The position numbers and the translations under genes were made by a program. Positions 22,570 through 32,000 of a DNA stretch of 32,000 nucleotides are shown here, in pieces. The notes under the pieces were generated by a model that was not told the DNA's origin, made no database searches, and saw only the letters and a list, made by a program, of their open reading frames with translations. Numbering within the stretch: position 1 is the first letter of the stretch; the number at the start of each line of letters is the position of its first letter. Source of the DNA: Opitutia bacterium KCR 482 (GTDB lineage: Bacteria; Verrucomicrobiota; Verrucomicrobiia; Opitutales; Intestinicryptomonadaceae); the NCBI GenBank assembly GCA_029269845.2, contig CP149973.1, positions 1,350,001 through 1,382,000 of the forward strand. Direction: 5' to 3'.

Positions 22570-24597
22570 ATGAATCCGGAATCTATCGAAAAGCTTGTAA
22601 AGAATCCTAAATTGCGCAACAAGCGCGAAGCGCTCGAAGCAATGAAAGACGGCGCGTATTGCATGCACGGCAGCTGGGGCTTCGGCCAGATTAAATCGTA
22701 CGACGCCGCGGCGAACAGACTCATTATAGATTTCGAAGGCAAACCCGCCCACGCAATGGACCCCGCGTTCTGCGTAGACAAGCTCGAAATCCTCCAGCCC
22801 GACAATCTCCTTGTCCGCTACCGCACCGACAAGGCGAACCTCGAAGAGGAAATGAAAGACGGCGGCGCGTTCGTCGTAAAATACATAGAGTCGAAGTCCG
22901 ACCAGAGCGCGAGCCAAATAGAGCTTGAAAGGGTATTTAAACAGCTTTTCGGCTACATGCCCATCAATGCGCGCAACATTCCGCAGGCCGATTTCGACAA
23001 GGCTAACAAGGAGGCGGAAAAGAAATACCGCGCGTGGTGGAACAAGGCAAAGGAATCGCTCTTCCGCAACCCCCGCGTTGCTTGCCCCAAAACAAAGAAC
23101 GAATCCTACGTTATCCGCGAAGAGGAAGAGGCAATGAAGCCCGAACAGGAAGTTCTGCGCGAATACTTCCTCAATCGCGAACCCAAGAAGAAAATCCTTC
23201 TTGCGGAAAAACTCTACAAAACGGCGACGGGCGAAGGCGTTGAGGAAATCAAATCCTCGCTCGAAAAAATCAAGGAGGAGCTTACCGAGGCAATTAAAAA
23301 GGCTATGGACAGCTCCAAAACCCTCAACGACGCAGACTGTCTCCACGGCATTTGGGTTAGAAACAACCTTATCCGCTACCTCTACGAAGGCGACGAAGCC
23401 AAGGTTGACGAAATCGCGCCGCAGAGCAAACAGATTATCCTCAAAGCGGTAGCGAAAGACCCGAAGGACGGCCTCAACAATCTGGCGAAAAACCTGCCGA
23501 CGTCGTACATCGAAAGATTCCTCGACCTTCTTACGCGAATCTACACGGAAGACTGGCGCGAACGCATTCTCGACCTCCTCAAATACAGCGACGGCCGCCT
23601 GACAAAAGAATGCATAGACTTCCTCCTTTCATGGGACGACAACAAAAAATCGCACTATGTAAAGGACGCGCTAATCGCCGACGACGGCCGCGGCCCGTCG
23701 AGAAAGCTCATCAAGGAATACCTTGAAAAATGGCTTTCCGAACAGACACTGCACGGCCCCGTTATCCTCTGGATTGTAAAAAACCGCAACGAGCCCAAAT
23801 ACAAGGACATGCTCGAAGACCTCATTGGAGAGGATCTTTTCAGCGCACTCCTTGCGGCGGTAGACGATTGCGCGTTGCAGCGCGACACGGTTGTGACCAC
23901 GGCGAAAATCCCGCTCGCGGAAGAGCTTGACGTTGACAGGGAACTTGTTGGCGACCTGCTCGACAAATCCACGGCGGAAACCGCGCGAGACCTAGCGCAG
24001 ACGCTCTTGCTCAACCAGGGTTTCGAAGAACTTACAAAGAAATCGATTCTTGCGCGTTTCATCAAGAAGTTCCCGTCGGTGCAGTCGCTTGTGGCGTCGA
24101 AGTCGGACACTCAGGACCACAGAGTGCTCGTTTCGGAATGGAGCTTGGCGGCGCGCCGCGAAGAGTTGGAAGACATCGTCAAGAACCAGCTGCCCGCAAG
24201 CAAAATCGCAATCGAGGCGGCGAGAGAACTCGGCGACTTGCGCGAAAACTCCGAATACAAAATGGCGAGAGAACACGACGAACTGCTCTGCGCCCGCCGC
24301 GCGCAACTCGAACGCGACATTTCGAGCGCAACGGTTTTCGACTTCAACACGACTCCCGCAGACAAGGTTGGTATCGGTTCAATCGTCTCCCTCAAATCGG
24401 ACAAGGGCGAAAAGCTCACATGCTCCATCATGGGCGCGTGGGACAGCAACACGGAAAAGAACATCTTCTCCTACCAGACACCCTTGGCGCAGGCTCTTCT
24501 CGACCACAAGGAAGGCGAAACGGTGGAAACGAACATCAACGGCCACATCACAAAGTGGACTATCGAAAAGGTTTCGCGCTACGCCGATTCCAAGTAA
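22570..24597 (+). CDS. greA: Long GreA-family transcript cleavage factor: a complete GreA module (last ~158 aa, nt 24121-24594) preceded by a 517-aa N-terminal extension
   Basis: The C-terminal part reads ..IEAARELGDLRENSEYKMAREHDELLCARRAQLERDIS.., the coiled-coil tip with conserved acidic D/E. It is followed by ..VGIGSIVSLKSDKGEKLTCSIMGAWDSN..IFSYQTPLAQALLDHKEGETVE.., the GreA/B C-terminal domain. The N-terminal 517 aa have no assignment I can make with confidence. Confidence 0.75.
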   Translation: MNPESIEKLVKNPKLRNKREALEAMKDGAYCMHGSWGFGQIKSYDAAANRLIIDFEGKPAHAMDPAFCVDKLEILQPDNLLVRYRTDKANLEEEMKDGGAFVVKYIESKSDQSASQIELERVFKQLFGYMPINARNIPQADFDKANKEAEKKYRAWWNKAKESLFRNPRVACPKTKNESYVIREEEEAMKPEQEVLREYFLNREPKKKILLAEKLYKTATGEGVEEIKSSLEKIKEELTEAIKKAMDSSKTLNDADCLHGIWVRNNLIRYLYEGDEAKVDEIAPQSKQIILKAVAKDPKDGLNNLAKNLPTSYIERFLDLLTRIYTEDWRERILDLLKYSDGRLTKECIDFLLSWDDNKKSHYVKDALIADDGRGPSRKLIKEYLEKWLSEQTLHGPVILWIVKNRNEPKYKDMLEDLIGEDLFSALLAAVDDCALQRDTVVTTAKIPLAEELDVDRELVGDLLDKSTAETARDLAQTLLLNQGFEELTKKSILARFIKKFPSVQSLVASKSDTQDHRVLVSEWSLAARREELEDIVKNQLPASKIAIEAARELGDLRENSEYKMAREHDELLCARRAQLERDISSATVFDFNTTPADKVGIGSIVSLKSDKGEKLTCSIMGAWDSNTEKNIFSYQTPLAQALLDHKEGETVETNINGHITKWTIEKVSRYADSK

Positions 24598-24665
24598 ATC
24601 AAAGCTTTATACCACCGAAAAAAGAGACTTCGGAAAAACTTTTCAAGGCGGCTTGAAACAAATAA

Positions 24666-24706
24666 AAGCGGAAATTCCCCAAGCGGACTTTCCGCTTTTT
24701 GTTTTC
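24666..24706 (+). terminator. Rho-independent terminator of the greA-like gene
   Basis: AAGCGGAAA (24666-24674) pairs with TTTCCGCTT (24689-24697). TTTGTTTT follows. Confidence 0.7.
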
Positions 24707-24905
24707 CGCGAAAAACTCGATTGTTTTCAAAAAGTTTCTTTTTTACGATGAACAATTCTAACGCCGCAAGTAATTGGCAAAGCCAATACGAACTTATCGG
24801 GAAAAGGCGCAGGTATACCCGCGCCGCATAAAAACTATAAGGAGCGAAGCTCCGACGACCGGCGCACCTTGCGCCCGCACCTTGCGCCCAGCCTGCATTT
24901 GAGAC

Positions 24906-24934
24906 TTGAAATGTGGTAAATGTAGTACTTTAAT
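24906..24934 (+). promoter_or_regulatory. Candidate sigma70-type promoter of the Rrf2 regulator gene
   Basis: TTGAAA (24906-24911), a 17-nt spacer, then TTTAAT (24929-24934). The ATG at 24946 would leave a very short or leaderless 5' end. An imperfect palindrome AGTAcTTTAAtACT overlaps the -10. This is pattern match only. Confidence 0.4.
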
Positions 24935-24945
24935 ACTGTTTTTAA

Positions 24946-25374
24946 ATGGACGGAAGACTTTTAAATATACCGGAGTCAGTGTCGTTGGCACTGCACGCAT
25001 TGAAAATGCTCGCCCGCGAGGGGGGCGGCACACTCACATCGAAAGAGATAGCGGCGCGCACGGGAATGTCGGCAAACCACCTGTCAAAGGTTTTGAGGAG
25101 GCTCGTGGTGGGCGGCGCACTGAGCGCGTCAAAAGGCCCTGGGGGCGGATTCTACCTTTCGGCGGAGCAGGAAAAACGCAAACTAATCGACGTCTATTTG
25201 CTCTTCGAGCCGTTTCCGTTTAATAACGGGTGCATATATGAAACTTCGCCGCACTGCGATAAACGTAAATGCGTTTTCGGCACATTGATTTGCGACCTGA
25301 ATAAAAAGTTCTTCGAACACTTCAATAACACGACAGTCGGGGATTTGCGGGATAGCGACTGTCGGAAAAAATAG
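24946..25374 (+). CDS. Rrf2-family (IscR/NsrR-like) transcriptional regulator
   Basis: The winged-helix N-terminus reads SVSLALHALKMLAREGGGTLTSKEIAARTGMSANHLSKVLRRLVVGGALSASKGPGGGFYL. A C-terminal Cys cluster (C..C....C......C in CIYETSPHCDKRKCVFGTLIC) is compatible with Fe-S ligation. Length is 142 aa. Confidence 0.85.
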   Translation: MDGRLLNIPESVSLALHALKMLAREGGGTLTSKEIAARTGMSANHLSKVLRRLVVGGALSASKGPGGGFYLSAEQEKRKLIDVYLLFEPFPFNNGCIYETSPHCDKRKCVFGTLICDLNKKFFEHFNNTTVGDLRDSDCRKK

Positions 25375-25490
25375 GTTTTCGGACGCGACGGTCGAAGAAT
25401 TTTATTGTTTGACTTTTAGCGGGTCGCGAAAAATAATCAATTAATTGAAGCGGCAAATACTCCCGCCGCCTCGTGTAAATTATAAAAATT

Positions 25491-26417
25491 ATGAAAAAAT
25501 CGTTTTTTACCCTCTCCATTTTATCCGCGGCGATTTCGGCAATGTCGATGCAATTCTACTGCGGCGAATACGACGCCGCAAACAGGAATGTAAAGTGGTC
25601 GAATTGCATTTGGGGCAACAACGTAAACTTCAAAACCGAACCGCTGAAAGGCAAGCCGGGGCCTGCGGACTCCGTCACAGTGCGCCCCGGAAACTGGAAT
25701 TTTGAAATAGACGGCAACTATAACGTGGGGACTTTCCATACGGGCGACGGCTCGACAAGCATCGCCAAGGGAAGAAACTTCAAGGTAAAACGCAGAATAG
25801 GGATTTCCATAGCGTGCTATAACGCCGGCATGACAAAACAGAAATGGGAACGCTGTTCGGTTGAGGGCGGCTCGTACGAAGTAACATTCTGGACGGAGGC
25901 AAAGAGCGCGGGCAAGGCGCACCTTTCGCTTTCCGACACAAAATTCAACATTAAGGGCGACTTCATTTGCACAATTCCCGCAAACCCGATTATCAAAAAC
26001 GCAATCAGGGCGGGCGTGGAGGTTTTGCTCGAAGGCGCAAGCGACATGCAGTTCGGCGGCGGCGCAATGATAGACTCAATCATCGCCGACGAAAACGACC
26101 AGTGGTTCTTTAAGTGGACATTCAAGGAAAAGGACGGAAAAGTTCCGCACGCGCTCTTCAACCGCCGCGCGCAGTTCGCGAAATGCGATATAGAAGTGGA
26201 CGTTTCCGACAAAGTCAAAAGCGGCAAATACGGTCTTATCGAATTCGCGGACAAGCGTTCGGGCATTACCGCGCCGCGCAGCGTGGTAGTAAACGGAGCG
26301 GAAGTGAAGCTCGGCGACACTTTCAAAGTGGGCAAACGCACGGGCAAGGTCTACTTGGGCGCGTTCGGCAAAGACTCCAAAACGGAAAACGACCTCGTTC
26401 TGGAAATCTCCAAATAG
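25491..26417 (+). CDS. Secreted hypothetical protein
   Basis: It has a signal peptide, MKKSFFTLSILSAAISAMS. The coding-like composition is unlike the antisense shadow ORFs. A strong terminator follows. The N-terminal W..C.W....F......P...D.V.V pattern faintly resembles the N-termini of PVC-type beta-helix/autotransporter-associated repeat proteins. I recognise no family. Confidence 0.6.
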   Translation: MKKSFFTLSILSAAISAMSMQFYCGEYDAANRNVKWSNCIWGNNVNFKTEPLKGKPGPADSVTVRPGNWNFEIDGNYNVGTFHTGDGSTSIAKGRNFKVKRRIGISIACYNAGMTKQKWERCSVEGGSYEVTFWTEAKSAGKAHLSLSDTKFNIKGDFICTIPANPIIKNAIRAGVEVLLEGASDMQFGGGAMIDSIIADENDQWFFKWTFKEKDGKVPHALFNRRAQFAKCDIEVDVSDKVKSGKYGLIEFADKRSGITAPRSVVVNGAEVKLGDTFKVGKRTGKVYLGAFGKDSKTENDLVLEISK

Positions 26418-26452
26418 GAAAAAATCAAGCTTCGCCGCCGTCGGGCGGACAC

Positions 26453-26485
26453 AAAAAAAACCGCAGTTTTTTAACTGCGGTTTTT
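26453..26485. terminator. Bidirectional Rho-independent terminator between the secreted hypothetical gene (+) and atpC (-)
   Basis: A8 (26453-26460), then CCGCAGTT-tttt-AACTGCGG (26461-26480), then T5 (26481-26485) and further T's. Confidence 0.85.
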
Positions 26486-26499
26486 GCTTTTTTGCAAAG

Positions 26500-26919
26500 C
26501 TACTTGTGCTTTGCCTTCGCAAGCATTTGGGCGATTGCAAAACGCGCAACGGCTTCAAGCCGCTCCATTTCGTCGTCGTCGACAACCCTGTTTTTCTTGG
26601 CGTCTTCGACCGCCTTCAACGCCTGCGCCCTCGCCTTTTCGATGTCGCCCATGTCGAGATGCTCGACATCTACGGCTGCCTCGGTGAGAACGGAGACAGT
26701 GTCGCCCATTATCCGCGCATAACCCCTGTCGATTGCTATGTCTTCCTCGCGCCCGTTTATGACCGCGCCGACGCCGCCCGCTTCGAGCATTGTAATGAGC
26801 GGAATGTGCCCAGCCAGAATCTGGATTTCGCCGCTTGTCGTGGGCAGCGTAATAGACTCTACGTTGTCGTTGTGCCAGACAACGCCGTCGGGAGTTATTA
26901 TTTCCAGCGCGAGTGCCAT
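26500..26919 (-). CDS. atpC: F1 ATP synthase epsilon subunit
   Basis: MALALEIITPDGVVWHNDNVESITLPTTSGEIQILAGHIPLITML.. shows the typical epsilon beta-sandwich followed by a helical tail. It is the last gene of the atp operon. Confidence 0.9.
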   Translation of the reverse strand: MALALEIITPDGVVWHNDNVESITLPTTSGEIQILAGHIPLITMLEAGGVGAVINGREEDIAIDRGYARIMGDTVSVLTEAAVDVEHLDMGDIEKARAQALKAVEDAKKNRVVDDDEMERLEAVARFAIAQMLAKAKHK

Positions 26920-26921
26920 TT

Positions 26922-28361
<1,440 letters not shown>

Positions 28362-28368
28362 TTAAATT

Positions 28369-29265
28369 TTACCCGTTGTTGTTTTCCATAGCCTGCGCGG
28401 CGGAGGCGAGTTCGAGAATTTCCGTCGTAATGGCCTCCTGTCTCGCCTTGTTGTACTCAATGGTGAGCGAGTGCACGAGCGCGTCGGCGTTGTCGCTTGC
28501 CGACTTCATCGCGACCATTCGCGCCGAGTGCTCCGACGCCTTTGCGTCCAACGCCATGTGGAAGAGCGCCTGCTTTATGTAGTACTGCGGAAGCTCGTCC
28601 AGAATGGCTTTCGGCGACGGCTCGAAAAGGATTTCGCGCGAGTCCTCCGCCTTTTCGGCGGTGTCGAGCTTGTAGCTCTTTCTGAGCCTCTTCACGAAGT
28701 CGTCTATATTGTCGACGGGCGCGATTTTCACCAGAGTCGGCTCCTGTTTGAGCGTGTTGATGTAGAGCGGATACAGCACTTCGAGCGAGCCGATGTCGCC
28801 CTGCTCTTTCGCGAGTTTCATTGCAAACTCCGCGATTTTCCTGACCTCCGAGAATTTAACGTGGTCGCTAATCGAAAACTGCGCTTTCAGCGGCTTGCCG
28901 ATTCGGGCAATGAACCGCGCCGCGCGGTTGCCCACAGCAATGTATTCGGCGTCGCCGCCGAGTTCGAGAATTGTTTTGAAGAGGTTTGTGTTGAGCGCGC
29001 CGCAAAGCCCCTTGTCGGTCGAGAAAACGATGATAAGGCGTTTTGTGCGGTTCTTGTCGGGGTTGTTTCCGTCCAAAACCGAGCCGATTTGCTTTATTAC
29101 GGTTTCGGTCATGTCCATCAGAAGCGTTGCGTAGGCGCGGCCGTTTTCGGCGGCCTGCTGCGCCCTGCGCATTTTGGAGGCGGCGACAAGCTCCATGGCG
29201 TGGGTAATCTGTCCCGTCCCCTTCACCGCTTTAATGCGGTTTCTGATTTCCCTCATTCCTTTCAT
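28369..29265 (-). CDS. atpG: F1 ATP synthase gamma subunit
   Basis: The N-terminus is MKGMREIRNRIKAVKGTGQITHAMELVAASKMRRAQ and the C-terminus is ..YNKARQEAITTEILE... Length is 298 aa. Confidence 0.95.
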   Translation of the reverse strand: MKGMREIRNRIKAVKGTGQITHAMELVAASKMRRAQQAAENGRAYATLLMDMTETVIKQIGSVLDGNNPDKNRTKRLIIVFSTDKGLCGALNTNLFKTILELGGDAEYIAVGNRAARFIARIGKPLKAQFSISDHVKFSEVRKIAEFAMKLAKEQGDIGSLEVLYPLYINTLKQEPTLVKIAPVDNIDDFVKRLRKSYKLDTAEKAEDSREILFEPSPKAILDELPQYYIKQALFHMALDAKASEHSARMVAMKSASDNADALVHSLTIEYNKARQEAITTEILELASAAQAMENNNG

Positions 29266-29274
29266 GGCGTGCCT

Positions 29275-30807
29275 TTACGCGAATGTTTTGCGCCAGTCGT
29301 CGCACATGGCTTTAAGTTCGGCGGCGAGGGCGTCGGAAATTATCTTTTCCTTCGCGATTTTCGCGACCGTGTCTTTGCCGCGCGTCGCGGCGAAATTTTC
29401 GAGGCTCGTTTCGGCGTCGGAGATTTTCTTTACATCGATTGAGTCGAAATATCCGTTCTGCAAAGCCCAGAGCACCGCGATTTCAATTTCGACGGGCTTC
29501 GGCGAGTTGTTTTTCTGTTTGAGGATTTCGACGAGCCTGTCGCCCTTGTCTATTATCGCCTTTGTGCGGGCGTCGAGGTCCGAGCCGAACTGCGCGAACG
29601 CCGCAAGTTCTTTGTACTGCGCGTATTCGCCTTTGAGCTTGCCCGCGACCTGCTTAAAAGCCTTCATCTGCGCCGACGAACCCACGCGCGACACCGAGAT
29701 GCCGACCGAAATTGCGGGGCGGACGCCCTGGTTGAAAAGGTCGGTTTCAAGGAATATCTGGCCGTCCGTAATCGAAATTACGTTTGTGGGAATGTACGCG
29801 CTGACGTCGCCCTGCTGCGTTTCGATGATGGGAAGCGCGGTGAGCGAGCCGTTGCCGTTTTGCTCGTTAAGACGCGCCGAGCGTTCGAGAAGTCTCGAAT
29901 GCAGGTAGAAGACGTCGCCGGGGTAGGCTTCGCGCCCCGACGGGCGTTTAAGCAGAAGCGAAACTTGGCGGTATGCCGCCGCGTGTTTCGAAAGGTCGTC
30001 GTACACAACGAGCGCGTCCATGCCGTTTTGCATGAACCATTCGCCCATGGCGCAGCCCGAATACGGCGCAATGTAGAGATTTGCGGCGTTTTCCGACGCG
30101 CTTGCCGCAACGATAATCGTGTACTCCATCGCGCCGTGCTTTTCGAGAAGCTGTATGGTGCGCGCGATGTTTGCGTTTTTCTGCCCGATTGCCACGTAAA
30201 TCGAATAGACGGGGCGGAAATCGGGGTCTCCCGACGCAAGCCCCTCCCTGTTTATCCGCGCCTGATTTATGATTGTATCGAGCGCGATTGACGTTTTGCC
30301 CGTGCAACGGTCGCCGATGATGAGTTCGCGCTGTCCGCGTCCGACGGGAATCATTGCGTCCACTTCGAGAATGCCCGTTTGGAGCGGCTGGTTGACCGAG
30401 CGGCGCGGGAGAATTCCGGGGGCGATTTTCTCCACGGGGTAGAATTCGGAGCTTGCGATGTCCCCCTTGCCGTCAATCGGGCGTCCGAGAACGTCCACGA
30501 CTCTGCCCAACAGAGACTTGCCGACGGGCACGCTGAGCAGTTTGCCCGTGGTTCTCCCCTCGTCGCCCTCGTTGAGGTTCGACGCGTCGCCGAGCATGAC
30601 GCAGCCCACTTCGTCTTCGCCCAAGTTGAGCGCGATTCCGAAAATGCCGTCCTTGAAGCTTATCATTTCGTTGTACATGGCTTCGCTCAGACCGTCCAGA
30701 CGCGCCACGCCGTCGGCGATTGCGACAATCTTGCCGACGTTGCTCTTGCGGTTTTGGCTCTCGATTTTCTCGATGCGCGAGCTTATCTCGTTAAGTATCT
30801 CATTCAT
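29275..30807 (-). CDS. atpA: F1 ATP synthase alpha subunit
   Basis: [15 protein letters not shown] is the Walker A motif. [44 protein letters not shown] is also present. Length is 510 aa. Confidence 0.97.
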   Translation of the reverse strand: MNEILNEISSRIEKIESQNRKSNVGKIVAIADGVARLDGLSEAMYNEMISFKDGIFGIALNLGEDEVGCVMLGDASNLNEGDEGRTTGKLLSVPVGKSLLGRVVDVLGRPIDGKGDIASSEFYPVEKIAPGILPRRSVNQPLQTGILEVDAMIPVGRGQRELIIGDRCTGKTSIALDTIINQARINREGLASGDPDFRPVYSIYVAIGQKNANIARTIQLLEKHGAMEYTIIVAASASENAANLYIAPYSGCAMGEWFMQNGMDALVVYDDLSKHAAAYRQVSLLLKRPSGREAYPGDVFYLHSRLLERSARLNEQNGNGSLTALPIIETQQGDVSAYIPTNVISITDGQIFLETDLFNQGVRPAISVGISVSRVGSSAQMKAFKQVAGKLKGEYAQYKELAAFAQFGSDLDARTKAIIDKGDRLVEILKQKNNSPKPVEIEIAVLWALQNGYFDSIDVKKISDAETSLENFAATRGKDTVAKIAKEKIISDALAAELKAMCDDWRKTFA

Positions 30808-30826
30808 CTTTTCTTGTAAATTAAAG

Positions 30827-31207
30827 TTATCGGAGGCTTTCGAGGTCGGACTTCACCGAACGCTCCCAAATGTCGTCGCCGCAGGTGATTCGCACCCCGC
30901 CCAAAAGGCCGCTGTTTTCGACTTTCCTGAACACGATTCCCGCCCTGCCCGTCTGCTCGGCGACAAATTTTTTTATGCCGTCGAATGCTTCGTCCGAAAT
31001 CGCTCCCGAAGATTCCACAAGCGCCTCGCCGCGCCCGATTGCGGGTTTTAGCAGCGTTGCGTATGTGCGCAAAAGCGGAACTTTGCGGGCTTCGGGCACG
31101 TTCGCTTCTACATAGTCGCAAACCGCCGAGACGCGGGCGGAGTCCACCCTCCCGTCCGTTCCGAGCGATTCCTCTACGAGTATTTTTGCGAGTGCGCGTG
31201 TTTTCAC
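30827..31207 (-). CDS. atpH: F1Fo ATP synthase delta (OSCP) subunit, an unusually short form (126 aa, GTG start)
   Basis: It sits between atpF and atpA. The C-terminal part ..[62 protein letters not shown] fits the delta C-terminal domain (..GG..I..GD...D.S....L). The N-terminal helical domain is much shorter than usual. Confidence 0.75.
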   Translation of the reverse strand: MKTRALAKILVEESLGTDGRVDSARVSAVCDYVEANVPEARKVPLLRTYATLLKPAIGRGEALVESSGAISDEAFDGIKKFVAEQTGRAGIVFRKVENSGLLGGVRITCGDDIWERSVKSDLESLR

Positions 31208-31208
31208 C

Positions 31209-31739
31209 TTATTTCTTCAACTCCTTTGCGGCAAGATTGGCAAGTTCGGCGCGCTGTTTGTCGTCGAGGATTTTGCCGACGACCGCCTCCGCTGCTTCGG
31301 CGACAAGCTCCGACAGTTCCGACTTCAATTCGTCTTTCATGCGGACTTTGTCGCGGGCAAGCTGTTCGTCGTTGCGCTCGCGGATTTCCGCCGCCTTTGC
31401 CGACGCCTCGCGCGCGGCGCGTTCGACGGTCTCCTTTGCGTCGTCGCGCGCCGATTTCAGGATTTCCGCGGCTTCGGCAGTCGCCGCCGCCGTTTTTTTG
31501 TCGGCCTCCGACTGCGCCTTGGCGAGTTTCTGTTTTGCGTCTTCGGCGTCTTTCAAGCCCTGCTCGATTTTCGCCTTGCGCTCGTTCGACGCGGCGATTA
31601 CCGGCTTGAATACAAACCTGTACAACGCCGCCGCAACAATCGCAAACGACACCCCTTGGCTGACCAGCAACTGCCACTCAACCCCGAACTGCGACAGAAA
31701 ACCGAGCGGGTTTCCGCCCGACGCTAATATTGCGGACAT
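31209..31739 (-). CDS. atpF: Fo ATP synthase subunit b
   Basis: One N-terminal transmembrane helix (VSQGVSFAIVAAALYRFVF) is followed by a long charged Ala/Glu/Lys-rich helix. Operon position supports the call. Length is 176 aa. Confidence 0.88.
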   Translation of the reverse strand: MSAILASGGNPLGFLSQFGVEWQLLVSQGVSFAIVAAALYRFVFKPVIAASNERKAKIEQGLKDAEDAKQKLAKAQSEADKKTAAATAEAAEILKSARDDAKETVERAAREASAKAAEIRERNDEQLARDKVRMKDELKSELSELVAEAAEAVVGKILDDKQRAELANLAAKELKK

Positions 31740-31754
31740 ATTCCGACGTCCCTT

Positions 31755-31985
31755 TTATTTGCCGAGGAAGAGCGCGTAGAACGCAACGGCTTCCGCCAGA
31801 GCCATTCCGAGAATGCCCAAAACCATGATTTTACCGAACGCCCCCGGATTGCGGCCCACCGCGTCAACCGACTTCATGCCGACCAGCGCTACGCCGAGAG
31901 CCGCGCCCATGCAGCCGAGCGCGCCCTGTATGCTGCCGCTTATCGAGCCCATTTGATTTACCGCATCTGCCAATATGTTCATCAT
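31755..31985 (-). CDS. atpE: Fo ATP synthase subunit c
   Basis: The 76-aa two-helix hairpin has Gly-rich helix 1 (GALGCMGAALGVALVG), the loop GRNPG, and an ion-binding Glu in helix 2 (LAEAVAFY). Confidence 0.9.
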   Translation of the reverse strand: MMNILADAVNQMGSISGSIQGALGCMGAALGVALVGMKSVDAVGRNPGAFGKIMVLGILGMALAEAVAFYALFLGK

Positions 31986-32000
31986 TGTCTTTTTCTTTTG

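Overview
This is a 32-kb chromosomal window, moderately GC-rich by eye. I found no rRNA, tRNA, CRISPR array, transposase, integrase or recognisable defence gene. Most of it is ordinary chromosome, and every novelty statement below needs a database check that I cannot run.

Gene content, left to right:
- 1-1457 (-): the 5' part of ilvB. It is open-ended at the window edge and therefore missing from the supplied ORF track.
- 1.5-13.5 kb: a glycan and hexuronate utilisation neighbourhood. It holds a split clan GH-D-like secreted glycosidase, uxaC, a LacI-family regulator, kdgK, an 879-aa GH42-like lipoprotein, a secreted xylose-isomerase-like TIM-barrel protein and a GH78-like rhamnosidase.
- 13.7-20.6 kb (-): a tightly packed operon of NuoE-like, NuoF-like, a NuoG/HydA-N-terminal-like::NfnA-like fusion, NfnB/GltD-like, then surE.
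- 21-26.4 kb: rsmB, a 675-aa GreA with a 517-aa N-terminal extension, an Rrf2 regulator and a secreted hypothetical protein.
- 26.5-32 kb (-): the F1Fo ATP synthase genes atpE-F-H-A-G-D-C. atpB is presumably beyond the right edge.

Items most worth a second look:
1. The Bfu/Stn-like redox operon. Its fusion layout looks non-standard, and the His-ligated [4Fe-4S] motif occurs twice in tandem.
2. A 212/213-bp tandem repeat (2.4 copies) upstream of the GH42-like gene, with a diverged fourth copy downstream of it. A strand-specific hairpin supported by covariation suggests an RNA leader element.
3. A 15-bp palindrome, ATTGGC-N3-GCCAAT, that occurs twice in intergenic DNA.
4. A likely LacI-family operator in front of uxaC.
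5. The frameshift-split glycosidase.

The long GreA and the CAZyme content suggest a PVC-type anaerobe. That taxonomic guess is inference only.
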